Of a DNA stretch of 59,743 bases, positions 45,569 to 54,460 are shown in pieces; position 1 is the first letter of the stretch; the number at the start of each line of letters is the position of its first letter. Source of the stretch: an uncultured bacterium (GTDB lineage Bacteria; Macinerneyibacteriota; Macinerneyibacteria; Macinerneyibacteriales; CAYRFE01); the NCBI GenBank assembly GCA_964539615.1, contig CAZIJP010000001.1:1-59743 (forward strand), in the 5' to 3' direction. A program made the translations under genes and the position numbers. The notes beneath the pieces were generated by a model that was given only the letters and a program-made list of their open reading frames with translations, made no database searches and had not been told where the DNA came from.

Positions 45569-46642
45569 ATGAAATATTTTCTTACATTTGTAGTTTTAAT
45601 ATGCGTTTTTTTTGTATCCGCAGTTGCGTCAAGCTCACCGAAAACAATCGCTACATTTTCAATAGTTGCTTATGATCCCGTAACCGAACAATGGGGAGTT
45701 GCGGTGCAATCGAAATTTTTTGCCGTTGGCGCGGTAGTGCCATATGCAGAGGCAGGGACAGGCGCTATAGCGTCGCAATCATGGGGTAACACAACCTTCG
45801 GCCCTAAAGCGCTTGAAATGATGCGTATGGGAATATCAGCCGATGATGTGATGAAATATTTACTTGCTCCGGACGAGAACCGTGAGAACCGGCAGGTCGG
45901 CATCGTTGATAAGAACGGCACAGTCTCCACATTTACCGGCAATCTTTGCCAGGTTTGGGCAGGCGGAATAAAAGGCGAAATGTTCTGCGTTCAAGGCAAT
46001 ATCCTAGCCGGTGAACCGGTTGTAAAAGCTATGGCTGATGCATATATGAACACGAAAGGAACACTTGCCGAACGCTTACTAGCCGCATTACAGGCAGGAC
46101 AAGATAATGGCGGCGATAAACGCGGGATGCAGTCTGCGGCCATGCTCGTGGTCGCTGAACACGGCGGTTATTCAGGTTACAACGACCGATTGTTAGATAT
46201 TCGAGTAGATGATCACCCTACCCCGATCCTGGAACTCAACCGGTTATACATGATGCACGAGACCACATTTTTAGCCGGGGCATATGTTCGCATGGGTACT
46301 GAAGCGCTCACAAAAGGAAAAAAAGAAAAGGCAGATGCACTTCTTACAAAAGCATTGGAGATCGCGGGACGTAAAAACGATGATCCTTCGATGCTTAATG
46401 AGATAGCATGGGAATTTGCTATAAATAATTATAAACTTGACACCGCCATCAAACTTGCACAAAAAGCTGTCGATCTTACTCAAGGCAAAGATGTCAATAT
46501 CCTTGACACTCTCGCTGAAGCATATGCCAGATCCGGTAATTTCAAAAAGGCGATCGAGATCGAAACCACTGCCAATACGATAGCCCCAAATAAAGATTTC
46601 GATAAAAAGATCAACCTGTGGAAAAAAAGAAAACTGCAATAA
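45569..46642 (+). CDS. DUF1028 (Ntn-hydrolase-like) protein with a signal peptide and a C-terminal TPR region
   Basis: AAGGAGG precedes the ATG at 45569. A signal peptide is followed by the DUF1028 N-terminal signature TFSIVAYDPVTEQWGVAVQSKFFAVGAVVPYAEAGTGAIASQS. The C-terminus has TPR-like repeats. Confidence 0.7.
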   Translation: MKYFLTFVVLICVFFVSAVASSSPKTIATFSIVAYDPVTEQWGVAVQSKFFAVGAVVPYAEAGTGAIASQSWGNTTFGPKALEMMRMGISADDVMKYLLAPDENRENRQVGIVDKNGTVSTFTGNLCQVWAGGIKGEMFCVQGNILAGEPVVKAMADAYMNTKGTLAERLLAALQAGQDNGGDKRGMQSAAMLVVAEHGGYSGYNDRLLDIRVDDHPTPILELNRLYMMHETTFLAGAYVRMGTEALTKGKKEKADALLTKALEIAGRKNDDPSMLNEIAWEFAINNYKLDTAIKLAQKAVDLTQGKDVNILDTLAEAYARSGNFKKAIEIETTANTIAPNKDFDKKINLWKKRKLQ

Positions 46643-46675
46643 AAACAGATATCTGAGTAGGAACGGGAGGAATAC

Positions 46676-47221
46676 ATGAGCATAACAACCGGCGGTGGCG
46701 ATAAAGGCATGACCGATCTGTGGTCAGGCGGAAGGATAGCTAAGGATTCATCTCGTGTTGAAGCATATGGCACGATAGATGAATTGAATTCCCATATCGG
46801 CGAAGCAAAACATTTTATAGAATGTAATGAGCTTTCCATGAAATTGGAACAACTCCAAAACGATCTCTTCCGTGTTGCAGGGCAGCTTGCATCTCGGGAT
46901 ATTGAATACATTTATCCTGTTACACCTGAAGATGTCCGCCGTCTTACCGATTACATACATCACTATGAGTCACAGATCGGGCTTAAGGGGTTTGTGATAC
47001 CGGGAAGTACCATCGGGTCAGCAAAGCTTGATGTTTGCCGTACAGTGGCGCGAAGAGCTGAACGCTGTATCGTTCGATTACTGCACGAAGAGCCCGGTAC
47101 CGTGCCGGAAAATACCCAAAAATTCATGAATCGTGTATCCGATTTTTTATTTATTTGTGCTCGTTTTGAAGAATATCTGCAGGAAAAGATCGTCTATAAA
47201 GAAAATCCCGCATCCGAATAA
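46676..47221 (+). CDS. PduO-type ATP:cob(I)alamin adenosyltransferase
   Basis: The N-terminal T.GGDKG.T.L..G.R..K.S.RVEAYGTIDELNS.IG signature is present. The ORF is 181 aa with GGGAGG upstream. Confidence 0.85.
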   Translation: MSITTGGGDKGMTDLWSGGRIAKDSSRVEAYGTIDELNSHIGEAKHFIECNELSMKLEQLQNDLFRVAGQLASRDIEYIYPVTPEDVRRLTDYIHHYESQIGLKGFVIPGSTIGSAKLDVCRTVARRAERCIVRLLHEEPGTVPENTQKFMNRVSDFLFICARFEEYLQEKIVYKENPASE

Positions 47222-47226
47222 CGTAA

Positions 47227-47247
47227 AGGGCAGGTTATACCTGCCCT
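47227..47247. terminator. 8-bp GC-rich hairpin between convergent genes
   Basis: agggcagg / cctgccct flank a 5-nt loop. The hairpin has a weak flanking T/A context. Confidence 0.4.
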
Positions 47248-47257
47248 AGTATGAATT

Positions 47258-48463
47258 CTATATATGTAATACGCCGTGATACAATAAAAATGCTGTTATT
47301 ACACAGACAGCTAACAATGGGATGACCGATCTGATCAAAAAACGAATATACAATCTTTTTAGCGTTGTTTTGAAAAAATCAGCCGATAATACCAAACACA
47401 AATGAGCCGGAGATACCAATATCCCGCAAACAGACGAGGCATAGATCACCACAGCATGCCATATGGAAAAACTCTCCCCGAAAAACATCATGAACAATGG
47501 GATCGCAACACCTACCCCGGTGATAGTAAGGCCGCTTGCTAAACCTAAGAGAAACGGCAACAGGATCATAAGAACAAATATTATCCCGTGAGAAACTGCA
47601 AGCACTTCTCCGAAACTGATCGCCTCGATCATATTTTTAAGGACCATAGCCCCATAGATCAGCAATATGGTTTTATATGAAAAAGCTTGCAGCAACAACT
47701 TTCCGAAAATTTTCACCGGTATTTTTTCAATGATACAATACGCCAAGATGACCACACCCAATGCAAGAAGCACCTGCACTTTCATTACTACAAGTATGAG
47801 CACGATCAATATCGGATAGAGAACGGAAAAAATACCTTTTACCTTAAACCGACGTTCCCAAAACGGTTGCGGATGTCCGCGGAGTATCGTGAAATATCCG
47901 ATAAAAAACATTATCACAAGAAAAATTGACATCCCGCTGAAAAGCTGTATAAAGTCGAATCCGGTGATCTGGACCATGAGAATGACAGCAGGGTACAACG
48001 GCCAACCGAATTCCCACATATGCCGAAACCAGTAATTGACGTATACTTTCTGTTCGGGATCAAAATTCATTTTTGTGGCTTGTTCATCAACCATAGGAGC
48101 AGAGATTATCGCTCCGCCCGGCATAGGCACAAGCCCGATGATCAGTGCAGGAAATATGAGTGAAAACCGACTCTCCCCCGTATAACGTGTAAGTGTTTCT
48201 ATTTTTCCCGTATGGTTCATAAGATTCACCAGCGCATAGATAAGGACAACCGCACCGGTTAAAATAGCGTTCTTACCCTCAAGAAATGTGTTGATAACAA
48301 TGGCATAACCGCGAAACGGGTCGATGGTAAAACCGAGCACCACATATGCCGCCGTTATAAGTAAAGCTAAACCGACAGGCAACTTCATGCGGATAAGTAG
48401 AATAAGAATTATTATCAGTAATAAAAATTTGATAAAGAACATGCCGGGATTATAGACGGTCAT
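47258..48463 (-). CDS. polytopic membrane protein (DUF401-like putative transporter)
   Basis: 401-aa ORF with about 10-11 TM helices. The family assignment is from memory of sequence character only. Confidence 0.45.
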   Translation of the reverse strand: MTVYNPGMFFIKFLLLIIILILLIRMKLPVGLALLITAAYVVLGFTIDPFRGYAIVINTFLEGKNAILTGAVVLIYALVNLMNHTGKIETLTRYTGESRFSLIFPALIIGLVPMPGGAIISAPMVDEQATKMNFDPEQKVYVNYWFRHMWEFGWPLYPAVILMVQITGFDFIQLFSGMSIFLVIMFFIGYFTILRGHPQPFWERRFKVKGIFSVLYPILIVLILVVMKVQVLLALGVVILAYCIIEKIPVKIFGKLLLQAFSYKTILLIYGAMVLKNMIEAISFGEVLAVSHGIIFVLMILLPFLLGLASGLTITGVGVAIPLFMMFFGESFSIWHAVVIYASSVCGILVSPAHLCLVLSADFFKTTLKRLYIRFLIRSVIPLLAVCVITAFLLYHGVLHI

Positions 48464-48735
48464 ACTGAAAAGTCAAGGAAAGCTAACGTTCCCGTGACAG
48501 ATATTCACTGGTTATCATGACCACATCTGAATTACCGGAAAACCGCCAATAACACTATACAGTATTTTATTACATCATTACTTGCTTCAGTCATTCCCGC
48601 GAAAAAGGGAATACAATGTTTCATCAGAACAAGAGCGATACAAAGGTACTAAATCAACAAGAGCTCTGACAACATTAAAAAACATCTGTGAGTTAATTTT
48701 CTTCCATTTTTCTTTCGCACTCCTCATGATATCCC

Positions 48736-48763
48736 TTGCAAACATGAGGTTCTGTCGTATAAT
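48736..48763 (+). promoter_or_regulatory. sigma70-like promoter of the long plus-strand operon
   Basis: TTGCAA (48736-48741), a 16-nt spacer, then TATAAT (48758-48763). GGAGG at 48777-48781 precedes the ATG at 48791. Confidence 0.5.
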
Positions 48764-48790
48764 CGGGGGTAGACACGGAGGTAGTAAAAG

Positions 48791-49039
48791 ATGCTTGATT
48801 TCAAGGATTATATCTCGTTTTTGTCAACAAATGCTTTACTCGGTCTTGGTCAGATACCCAATCCCGTTACGGGGCAGACCGAGGTCAATCTCGGATTGGT
48901 GAAATTCACCCTTGCAACACTTGAATTGCTTCAAATAAAGACCCACGGCAATCTCACTGCCGAAGAAGATGAATTGGTCCATGCTACGATAGCGACCATC
49001 TGCGAAACACTTGAAATGGTTGAAGGAGATGAACAATAA
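48791..49039 (+). CDS. DUF1844-family small protein
   Basis: 82-aa ORF. LGLGQIPNPVTGQTEVNLGLVKFTLATLELLQIKTHGNLTAEE matches my recollection of the DUF1844 core. Confidence 0.6.
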   Translation: MLDFKDYISFLSTNALLGLGQIPNPVTGQTEVNLGLVKFTLATLELLQIKTHGNLTAEEDELVHATIATICETLEMVEGDEQ

Positions 49040-49434
49040 TGCCTATCCAGGACAATGACCTCTGCTTTGCTTGCGGCAGTAAAAATCCTATCGGTCTTCA
49101 TGCACAATATAAAAATATCGACGGTACCGCACAGGCTACTCTCATCATCCACAAAGACTTCCACGGCTGGGAAAATATCATCCACGGCGGGATAGTTACC
49201 ACGTTATTGGACGAATCGATGGCCAAGGCATGCATCTTTGCAAATCAGATGGCAGTTACACGCACACTTGAGGTCAAATTCAAAAGACCGGTCGTGAGCA
49301 ACGTACCAGTCACGGTGACAGGCCGCATAAAAGAAACTCGCGGGCCGCTTATATTCCTTTCAGCCGAGATCAAACAAGACGGTATTATAAAAGCGTCTGC
49401 AGAAGCCACTTTTGCGGTGATGAACGATGCGTAA
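49039..49434 (+). CDS. PaaI-family hotdog thioesterase
   Basis: CFACGSKNPIGLH and HGGIVTTLLDESMA motifs are present in a 131-aa ORF. Its start forms a TAATG overlap with the upstream gene. Confidence 0.7.
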   Translation: MPIQDNDLCFACGSKNPIGLHAQYKNIDGTAQATLIIHKDFHGWENIIHGGIVTTLLDESMAKACIFANQMAVTRTLEVKFKRPVVSNVPVTVTGRIKETRGPLIFLSAEIKQDGIIKASAEATFAVMNDA

Positions 49435-50227
49435 TTTAAGAATAATACAAAGCTGGGGCTACAACGGCGCCATGAACATGGCAGAAGACGAAGCTTTATT
49501 TCAGGCAGCGATCGAACATAATTCTGACGATATAATCTTACGTCTTTATGACTGGTCACCGGCATGCATGTCGATCGGCTACTTTCAAAGTTTGACACGG
49601 CGCGTCGATGAAGCCCGCTGTGCTTCATTCGGCTATGATATCGTGCGCCGGCCGACAGGCGGACGCGCAGTGCTTCATGATAACGAACTCACCTACTGCG
49701 TTGTTGCAAAAGCCGATGGGTTGGGCGATACAACCCTTGATTCATATCTTGAGATAAGTAAAGCGCTGAACCGAGGCTTAAATATCCTCGGTGTAAAAAG
49801 CGAGATAGAACCTGCGAAAAAAGCCAAACATATCGGCTCACCTGCGTGTTTTGATTCGTTGTCATCCTTTGAGATCGCCGTGAACGGGAAAAAGATCGTC
49901 GGCAGCGCACAATACCGCACAAAAGGTTATCTGCTGCAACACGGATCAATATTATTGGATATCGACCCGAAAATACTCTTCGACTGCCTATTACCGAAAG
50001 CGTCTGGAGACGAAATAACGGCATTTTCCGATTTTACGACATCGATCAATAATGAGATGCAGCGTATCGTAACAGCTCAGGAAACTGCAGAAGCCATGAT
50101 AAGCGGATTCAAAGAAACGTTCGTAATACCGTTTAAAGAAACTGCGCTGACTGATACGGAAAAACAATGGCGTGACAAACTCTATTCGGAAAAATATACC
50201 TCAAAGGAGTGGAATTACCTCAAATGA
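49427..50227 (+). CDS. lipoate-protein ligase family protein (LplA catalytic domain / LipM-like octanoyltransferase)
   Basis: RRPTGGRAVLHDNELTY and KIVGSAQ (catalytic Lys) are present. At 266 aa it lacks the LplA C-terminal domain. Confidence 0.7.
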   Translation: MRNLRIIQSWGYNGAMNMAEDEALFQAAIEHNSDDIILRLYDWSPACMSIGYFQSLTRRVDEARCASFGYDIVRRPTGGRAVLHDNELTYCVVAKADGLGDTTLDSYLEISKALNRGLNILGVKSEIEPAKKAKHIGSPACFDSLSSFEIAVNGKKIVGSAQYRTKGYLLQHGSILLDIDPKILFDCLLPKASGDEITAFSDFTTSINNEMQRIVTAQETAEAMISGFKETFVIPFKETALTDTEKQWRDKLYSEKYTSKEWNYLK

Positions 50228-51957
50228 TAAAATATCTGAAAAAACATCTCGATATGTTCTTTATCGCCCTTTTTTTCTTGTTGCTTGTTGACGCAGCACA
50301 ACTTTTCATACCGATGGTCATACGCACGGCGATCGACGGCCTTACCAAGGCGGAAAAACCGGTTTTGATGTTGTTCATAAAAGCCGGACTCTATATTATC
50401 GGGCTGGGGCTCTCGGTATATGCGCTTCGCTTTTTGTGGAGGTATTATCTGATTCGGATGGCGCATCGAATAACAACCGACATACGAGCAATTTTATATG
50501 GACGCCTGCTTAATTTTTCACAGCACTTCTACGGCAAATGGGAGACCGGCGATATCATGGCTCGTGCTACCAATGATATAAACGCAATAAGACGAATGTT
50601 CTCATTCGGCATTGTCAGTTTATTTGACATGGTTGTAATGGGCGTGGCCTCATTATCGGTCATGATCTACTTGAATCCGCATCTAACATTGCTTGCGATA
50701 ATCCCCTTGCCCCTTGTGAGCATCATCGTGCTGATGTTTGAAAAAAAGATCCATATTACATTCAAAGATGTGCAGGAAAAGTTTTCCGGCCTGACGACCT
50801 TTGTTCAAGAAGATTTCAGCGGCAACTTTGTCGTCAAATCATTCAATCGCGAATCGGCGGAGACTCAGCGTTTCGGCGTTAAAAACAATGAATATCTGAA
50901 AAAAAATATGTATCTGGCAAAACTCACGGCATCCTTCCATCCACTTATAATGATGGTCATCTCGTTAAGCAGCATAGCGGTCATTTATTTCGGTGGACTT
51001 GATGTCATCAACGGAAAATTCACTCTTGGCGAACTGGTGGCATTTTTATCCTATCTCGGGATGCTCAGTTGGCCGATGATGGCGATGGGTTTTGCAGTTA
51101 ATATCTATCAACGCGGTAATGCATCTCTCAAACGCATCGAAGAATTGATCAATACCGATCCGGGAGTAAATGAAAAAGAAACCGCATACGCTCCCCCGTA
51201 TTCCAATGCGGTCAGTATCACATTCTCAAACCTTTCATTCGCGTATGACAATGACGAACGCGATGCACTTTCCAATATCAGCTTCACCGTACAACCGCAT
51301 CAGACGGTCGGCATACTCGGCCGTATAGGCTCGGGAAAATCAACACTCGTTAAAACACTTACCCGATTGGTGAATGTGCCCGACGGTACAATATTTGTAG
51401 ATAATATTGATATTAACGATTATACGCTTGAAGCACTTCGCGACCGTTTTTCGTATGTGCCGCAGGAGCCCTTCCTTTTTTCTTCGCCAATTCATGAGAA
51501 CATTGCATTTTTCCGTCCCGATGCATCACAGGAAGATATTGCCCGAGCTGCAGAGATCGCCGATATGCGTTCTACAATCGATGCGATGCCGGAAAAATAT
51601 GAAACATTACTTGGTGAACGTGGCGTGAACCTTTCCGGCGGACAAAAACAACGACTTACCATAGCTCGTGCGGTCCTAAAAGATGCCCCCGTGTTCATCT
51701 TTGATGACTCATTCTCCAGCATCGACACCGATACGGAAGAACGGATACTCAATAATCTGCGCAGTTATTTGGAAAAGAAAACAAGTATAATCATTACGCA
51801 CAGAATATCTTCTCTTCGTTTTGCCGATAAAATATTGGTTTTGGATAACGGCCGTATCGTTGAAGATGGCACCCATGATGAGCTTATGGCAAAACAAGGG
51901 CTTTATCATGCGATCTACGAGCGTCAAAAACTTGAAGAAAAACTCGCACACGAATAA
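50224..51957 (+). CDS. ABC exporter half-transporter (permease-ATPase fusion), heterodimer partner 1
   Basis: It has six TM helices, Walker A (GRIGSGKST), signature (LSGGQKQR) and Walker B (VFIFDDSFSSID). The ATG at 50224 forms an ATGA overlap with the upstream stop. The track GTG at 50209 overlaps the SD itself. Confidence 0.8.
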   Translation: MIKYLKKHLDMFFIALFFLLLVDAAQLFIPMVIRTAIDGLTKAEKPVLMLFIKAGLYIIGLGLSVYALRFLWRYYLIRMAHRITTDIRAILYGRLLNFSQHFYGKWETGDIMARATNDINAIRRMFSFGIVSLFDMVVMGVASLSVMIYLNPHLTLLAIIPLPLVSIIVLMFEKKIHITFKDVQEKFSGLTTFVQEDFSGNFVVKSFNRESAETQRFGVKNNEYLKKNMYLAKLTASFHPLIMMVISLSSIAVIYFGGLDVINGKFTLGELVAFLSYLGMLSWPMMAMGFAVNIYQRGNASLKRIEELINTDPGVNEKETAYAPPYSNAVSITFSNLSFAYDNDERDALSNISFTVQPHQTVGILGRIGSGKSTLVKTLTRLVNVPDGTIFVDNIDINDYTLEALRDRFSYVPQEPFLFSSPIHENIAFFRPDASQEDIARAAEIADMRSTIDAMPEKYETLLGERGVNLSGGQKQRLTIARAVLKDAPVFIFDDSFSSIDTDTEERILNNLRSYLEKKTSIIITHRISSLRFADKILVLDNGRIVEDGTHDELMAKQGLYHAIYERQKLEEKLAHE

Positions 51958-51971
51958 AGGAGCTGGCATAT

Positions 51972-53780
51972 ATGCATGGACATGGACCCGTCGCTTTTTC
52001 ACTTGAAGACAAAAAATTCGATATAAAACTGTTTTTCTGGCTCTTCAAGTATATAAAAGAATATAAATTTTTCATGATCGGCTTGATGCTCCTCACCGTA
52101 TTCTACTCAGGCTTATCATTGGTCGGGCCCTATCTATCTAAGATCGCTATCGATGATTATATCCGCACGGCAAATGCACCGGGACTATTCAAGTTTGTCA
52201 TTCTCTATCTTATCATACTCACGGCCGTCTTTTTGACAAACTATCTGCAGGTGTATTTCATGACCCTGTTCGGCCAGAAGATCATGTATCGCCTCAGGCT
52301 GGATATTTTTGATCATATCATCCGTTTGCCGAAATCCTTCTTTGATAAAAATCCTATCGGAAAAATAATGACGCGTGTAACGAGCGATGTTGAATCGTTA
52401 TCCGAATTACTCACCTCGGGCGTGGCGATGCTTGCAGGCGATATACTCATGTTGATTGGCATTATCATTGTACTTCTCTTCATAAACACGCCGATAACGC
52501 TGGTGCTCCTGGCGACCATGCCGTTCCTCTTGATCGGTATGCGGATCTTCCGTTCAAAGATTACTCCGCTTTATCGCAAAGAACGCGAATTAAATACAAA
52601 GATCATTATCTTCTTACAAGAAAGCATCATAGGCATGTCGATCATCCAGCTTTTTAATCGACAGAAGCTTAATAAAGCGCAATTCACTGATATTAACGAA
52701 TCCTATTATGATGTATCAATAAAAAGCCTCGTGGTAAATGCATCATTTTATCCGTTTGTAAACTTTTTGTCGATCGTCGGCAAAGCATTGGTCATTTGGT
52801 ACGGCGGTGTTCAGTTTCTTAAACTCAATATATCCGTCGGTGAAGTGGTTGCTTTTCTCACCTATGTAGAAATGTTCTTCCGTCCGCTAGTAGATCTCAG
52901 TGAAAAATATGACGTCTACCAATCTGCCATGGCCGCATCGGAAAAGATTTCATCGGTTATGCATGAACCGCTTTCGCCTGAATACGATACAACCGGCGGC
53001 TATCAAGCTACGCTGACCGGAAGTATCGAATTCCGCAATGTGTGGTTTGCATATAATGATGAGAACTGGGTCATCAAAGATATTTCCTTTAAGATAGAAC
53101 CGGGAAAGACCGTGGCGATAGTCGGCCATACCGGCTCAGGAAAAACCACGCTCATAAATCTTATAGGTCGATATTACGAGATCCAAAAAGGCGATATATT
53201 GATTGACGGTGTCAATCTGAAAGATTGGGATACCACGTACCTGCGTCGTCATATGGGCATCGTATTACAAGACGTGTTCCTTTTCTCGGGCACAGTATCG
53301 GAAAACATATCACTGTATAATGATGATATCGGCAATGAGACCGTTAAAGAAGCTGTACGCTCCGTAAATGGCGACGGATTCATCGAGCGTCTCCCGCAAA
53401 GTTATGATACGCCGATATTGGAACGCGGAAAAAGCCTCTCGGTCGGCCAACGTCAGGTATTATCGTTTGCCCGCACGCTCGCTTATGACCCGAAGATATT
53501 GATACTGGACGAAGCTACGGCAAATATCGATACGGAAACAGAAAAATATATCCAGCAAGCAACGCAAGCACTGGTACAAGGACGCACGTCTATTGTCATC
53601 GCACATCGTTTATCAACCATTAAAAACGCCGACACCATTCTTGTCATCCATAAAGGCGAATTACGCGAATCCGGCAGTCATGCCGCCCTTTTTGAAAAAA
53701 AGGGATTGTATTACGATCTGTATCAGTTACAATACAAAGACCAAGACCGCCTGGGCGATGTTGAAACAGCAGGGGTCTGA
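51972..53780 (+). CDS. ABC exporter half-transporter (permease-ATPase fusion), heterodimer partner 2
   Basis: It has six TM helices, Walker A (GHTGSGKTT), signature (LSVGQRQ) and Walker B (ILILDEATANID). AAGGAG lies 9 nt before the ATG. Confidence 0.85.
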   Translation: MHGHGPVAFSLEDKKFDIKLFFWLFKYIKEYKFFMIGLMLLTVFYSGLSLVGPYLSKIAIDDYIRTANAPGLFKFVILYLIILTAVFLTNYLQVYFMTLFGQKIMYRLRLDIFDHIIRLPKSFFDKNPIGKIMTRVTSDVESLSELLTSGVAMLAGDILMLIGIIIVLLFINTPITLVLLATMPFLLIGMRIFRSKITPLYRKERELNTKIIIFLQESIIGMSIIQLFNRQKLNKAQFTDINESYYDVSIKSLVVNASFYPFVNFLSIVGKALVIWYGGVQFLKLNISVGEVVAFLTYVEMFFRPLVDLSEKYDVYQSAMAASEKISSVMHEPLSPEYDTTGGYQATLTGSIEFRNVWFAYNDENWVIKDISFKIEPGKTVAIVGHTGSGKTTLINLIGRYYEIQKGDILIDGVNLKDWDTTYLRRHMGIVLQDVFLFSGTVSENISLYNDDIGNETVKEAVRSVNGDGFIERLPQSYDTPILERGKSLSVGQRQVLSFARTLAYDPKILILDEATANIDTETEKYIQQATQALVQGRTSIVIAHRLSTIKNADTILVIHKGELRESGSHAALFEKKGLYYDLYQLQYKDQDRLGDVETAGV

Positions 53781-53791
53781 CAGGAGGCAAT

Positions 53792-54457
53792 ATGATCTCT
53801 GGAAAAATTGATAATAAGACAGTCGCTATCCTAACGATCATGATCGTTGCAACATTTTTCCTCTGGAATACGGTCTTTCTATTCCCCTTTAAAATATTTG
53901 TCGTTCTCCTTCATGAACTAAGTCACGGACTTGCGGCTGTCCTCACAGGCGGCAGCATTGTGTCTATCGAACTTAACGCTGATCAAGGCGGCGTATGTGC
54001 CACTCGAGGCGGATGGGGATTCGCCGTTCTTTCGGCCGGATACCTTGGCAGTATGTTGTGGGGTGGCATCATCCTATTGACCGCAGCACGTACGAAATGG
54101 GATAAAGTACTGTCGATATTCATCGGCCTTGTCGTGCTGTTTGTGACAATCTTTTATATTCGAAGCGGCTTCGGTTTTCTTTTCGGATTACTGTTCGGCG
54201 CATCACTGCTGGTCATTGGTAAATTTTTATCTGAATCCGTCAACGATATCCTGCTCAAATATATCGGTCTTACCAGTATGCTGTATGCAGTATTTGATAT
54301 AAAAGATGATCTCATCACACGCACCGTATCCGATTCAGATGCATCGGTCATGGCGCGTGAATACTTCGGCACTCCGATGATGTGGGGGATCATTTGGATA
54401 GTATTTGCCGTATTAGCCTCATGGTTCATACTCCGTACGGCTGTTCGTAAAACCTGA
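53792..54457 (+). CDS. M50B-like membrane metallopeptidase family protein
   Basis: 221-aa polytopic protein with the HELSHG zinc motif in the first TM region. AGGAGG lies upstream. Confidence 0.6.
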   Translation: MISGKIDNKTVAILTIMIVATFFLWNTVFLFPFKIFVVLLHELSHGLAAVLTGGSIVSIELNADQGGVCATRGGWGFAVLSAGYLGSMLWGGIILLTAARTKWDKVLSIFIGLVVLFVTIFYIRSGFGFLFGLLFGASLLVIGKFLSESVNDILLKYIGLTSMLYAVFDIKDDLITRTVSDSDASVMAREYFGTPMMWGIIWIVFAVLASWFILRTAVRKT

Positions 54458-54460
54458 TCC

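Noticed and set aside
46271-46911. 122-aa and 143-aa minus-strand ORFs
   Set aside because: They lie antisense to the DUF1028 and PduO-type adenosyltransferase genes, which have strong motif support. I see no ribosome-binding site.
48582-48902. 106-aa plus-strand ORF overlapping the operon promoter and the DUF1844 start
   Set aside because: It is out of frame with the SD-preceded DUF1844 gene and spans the predicted -35/-10 elements. It shows no family resemblance.
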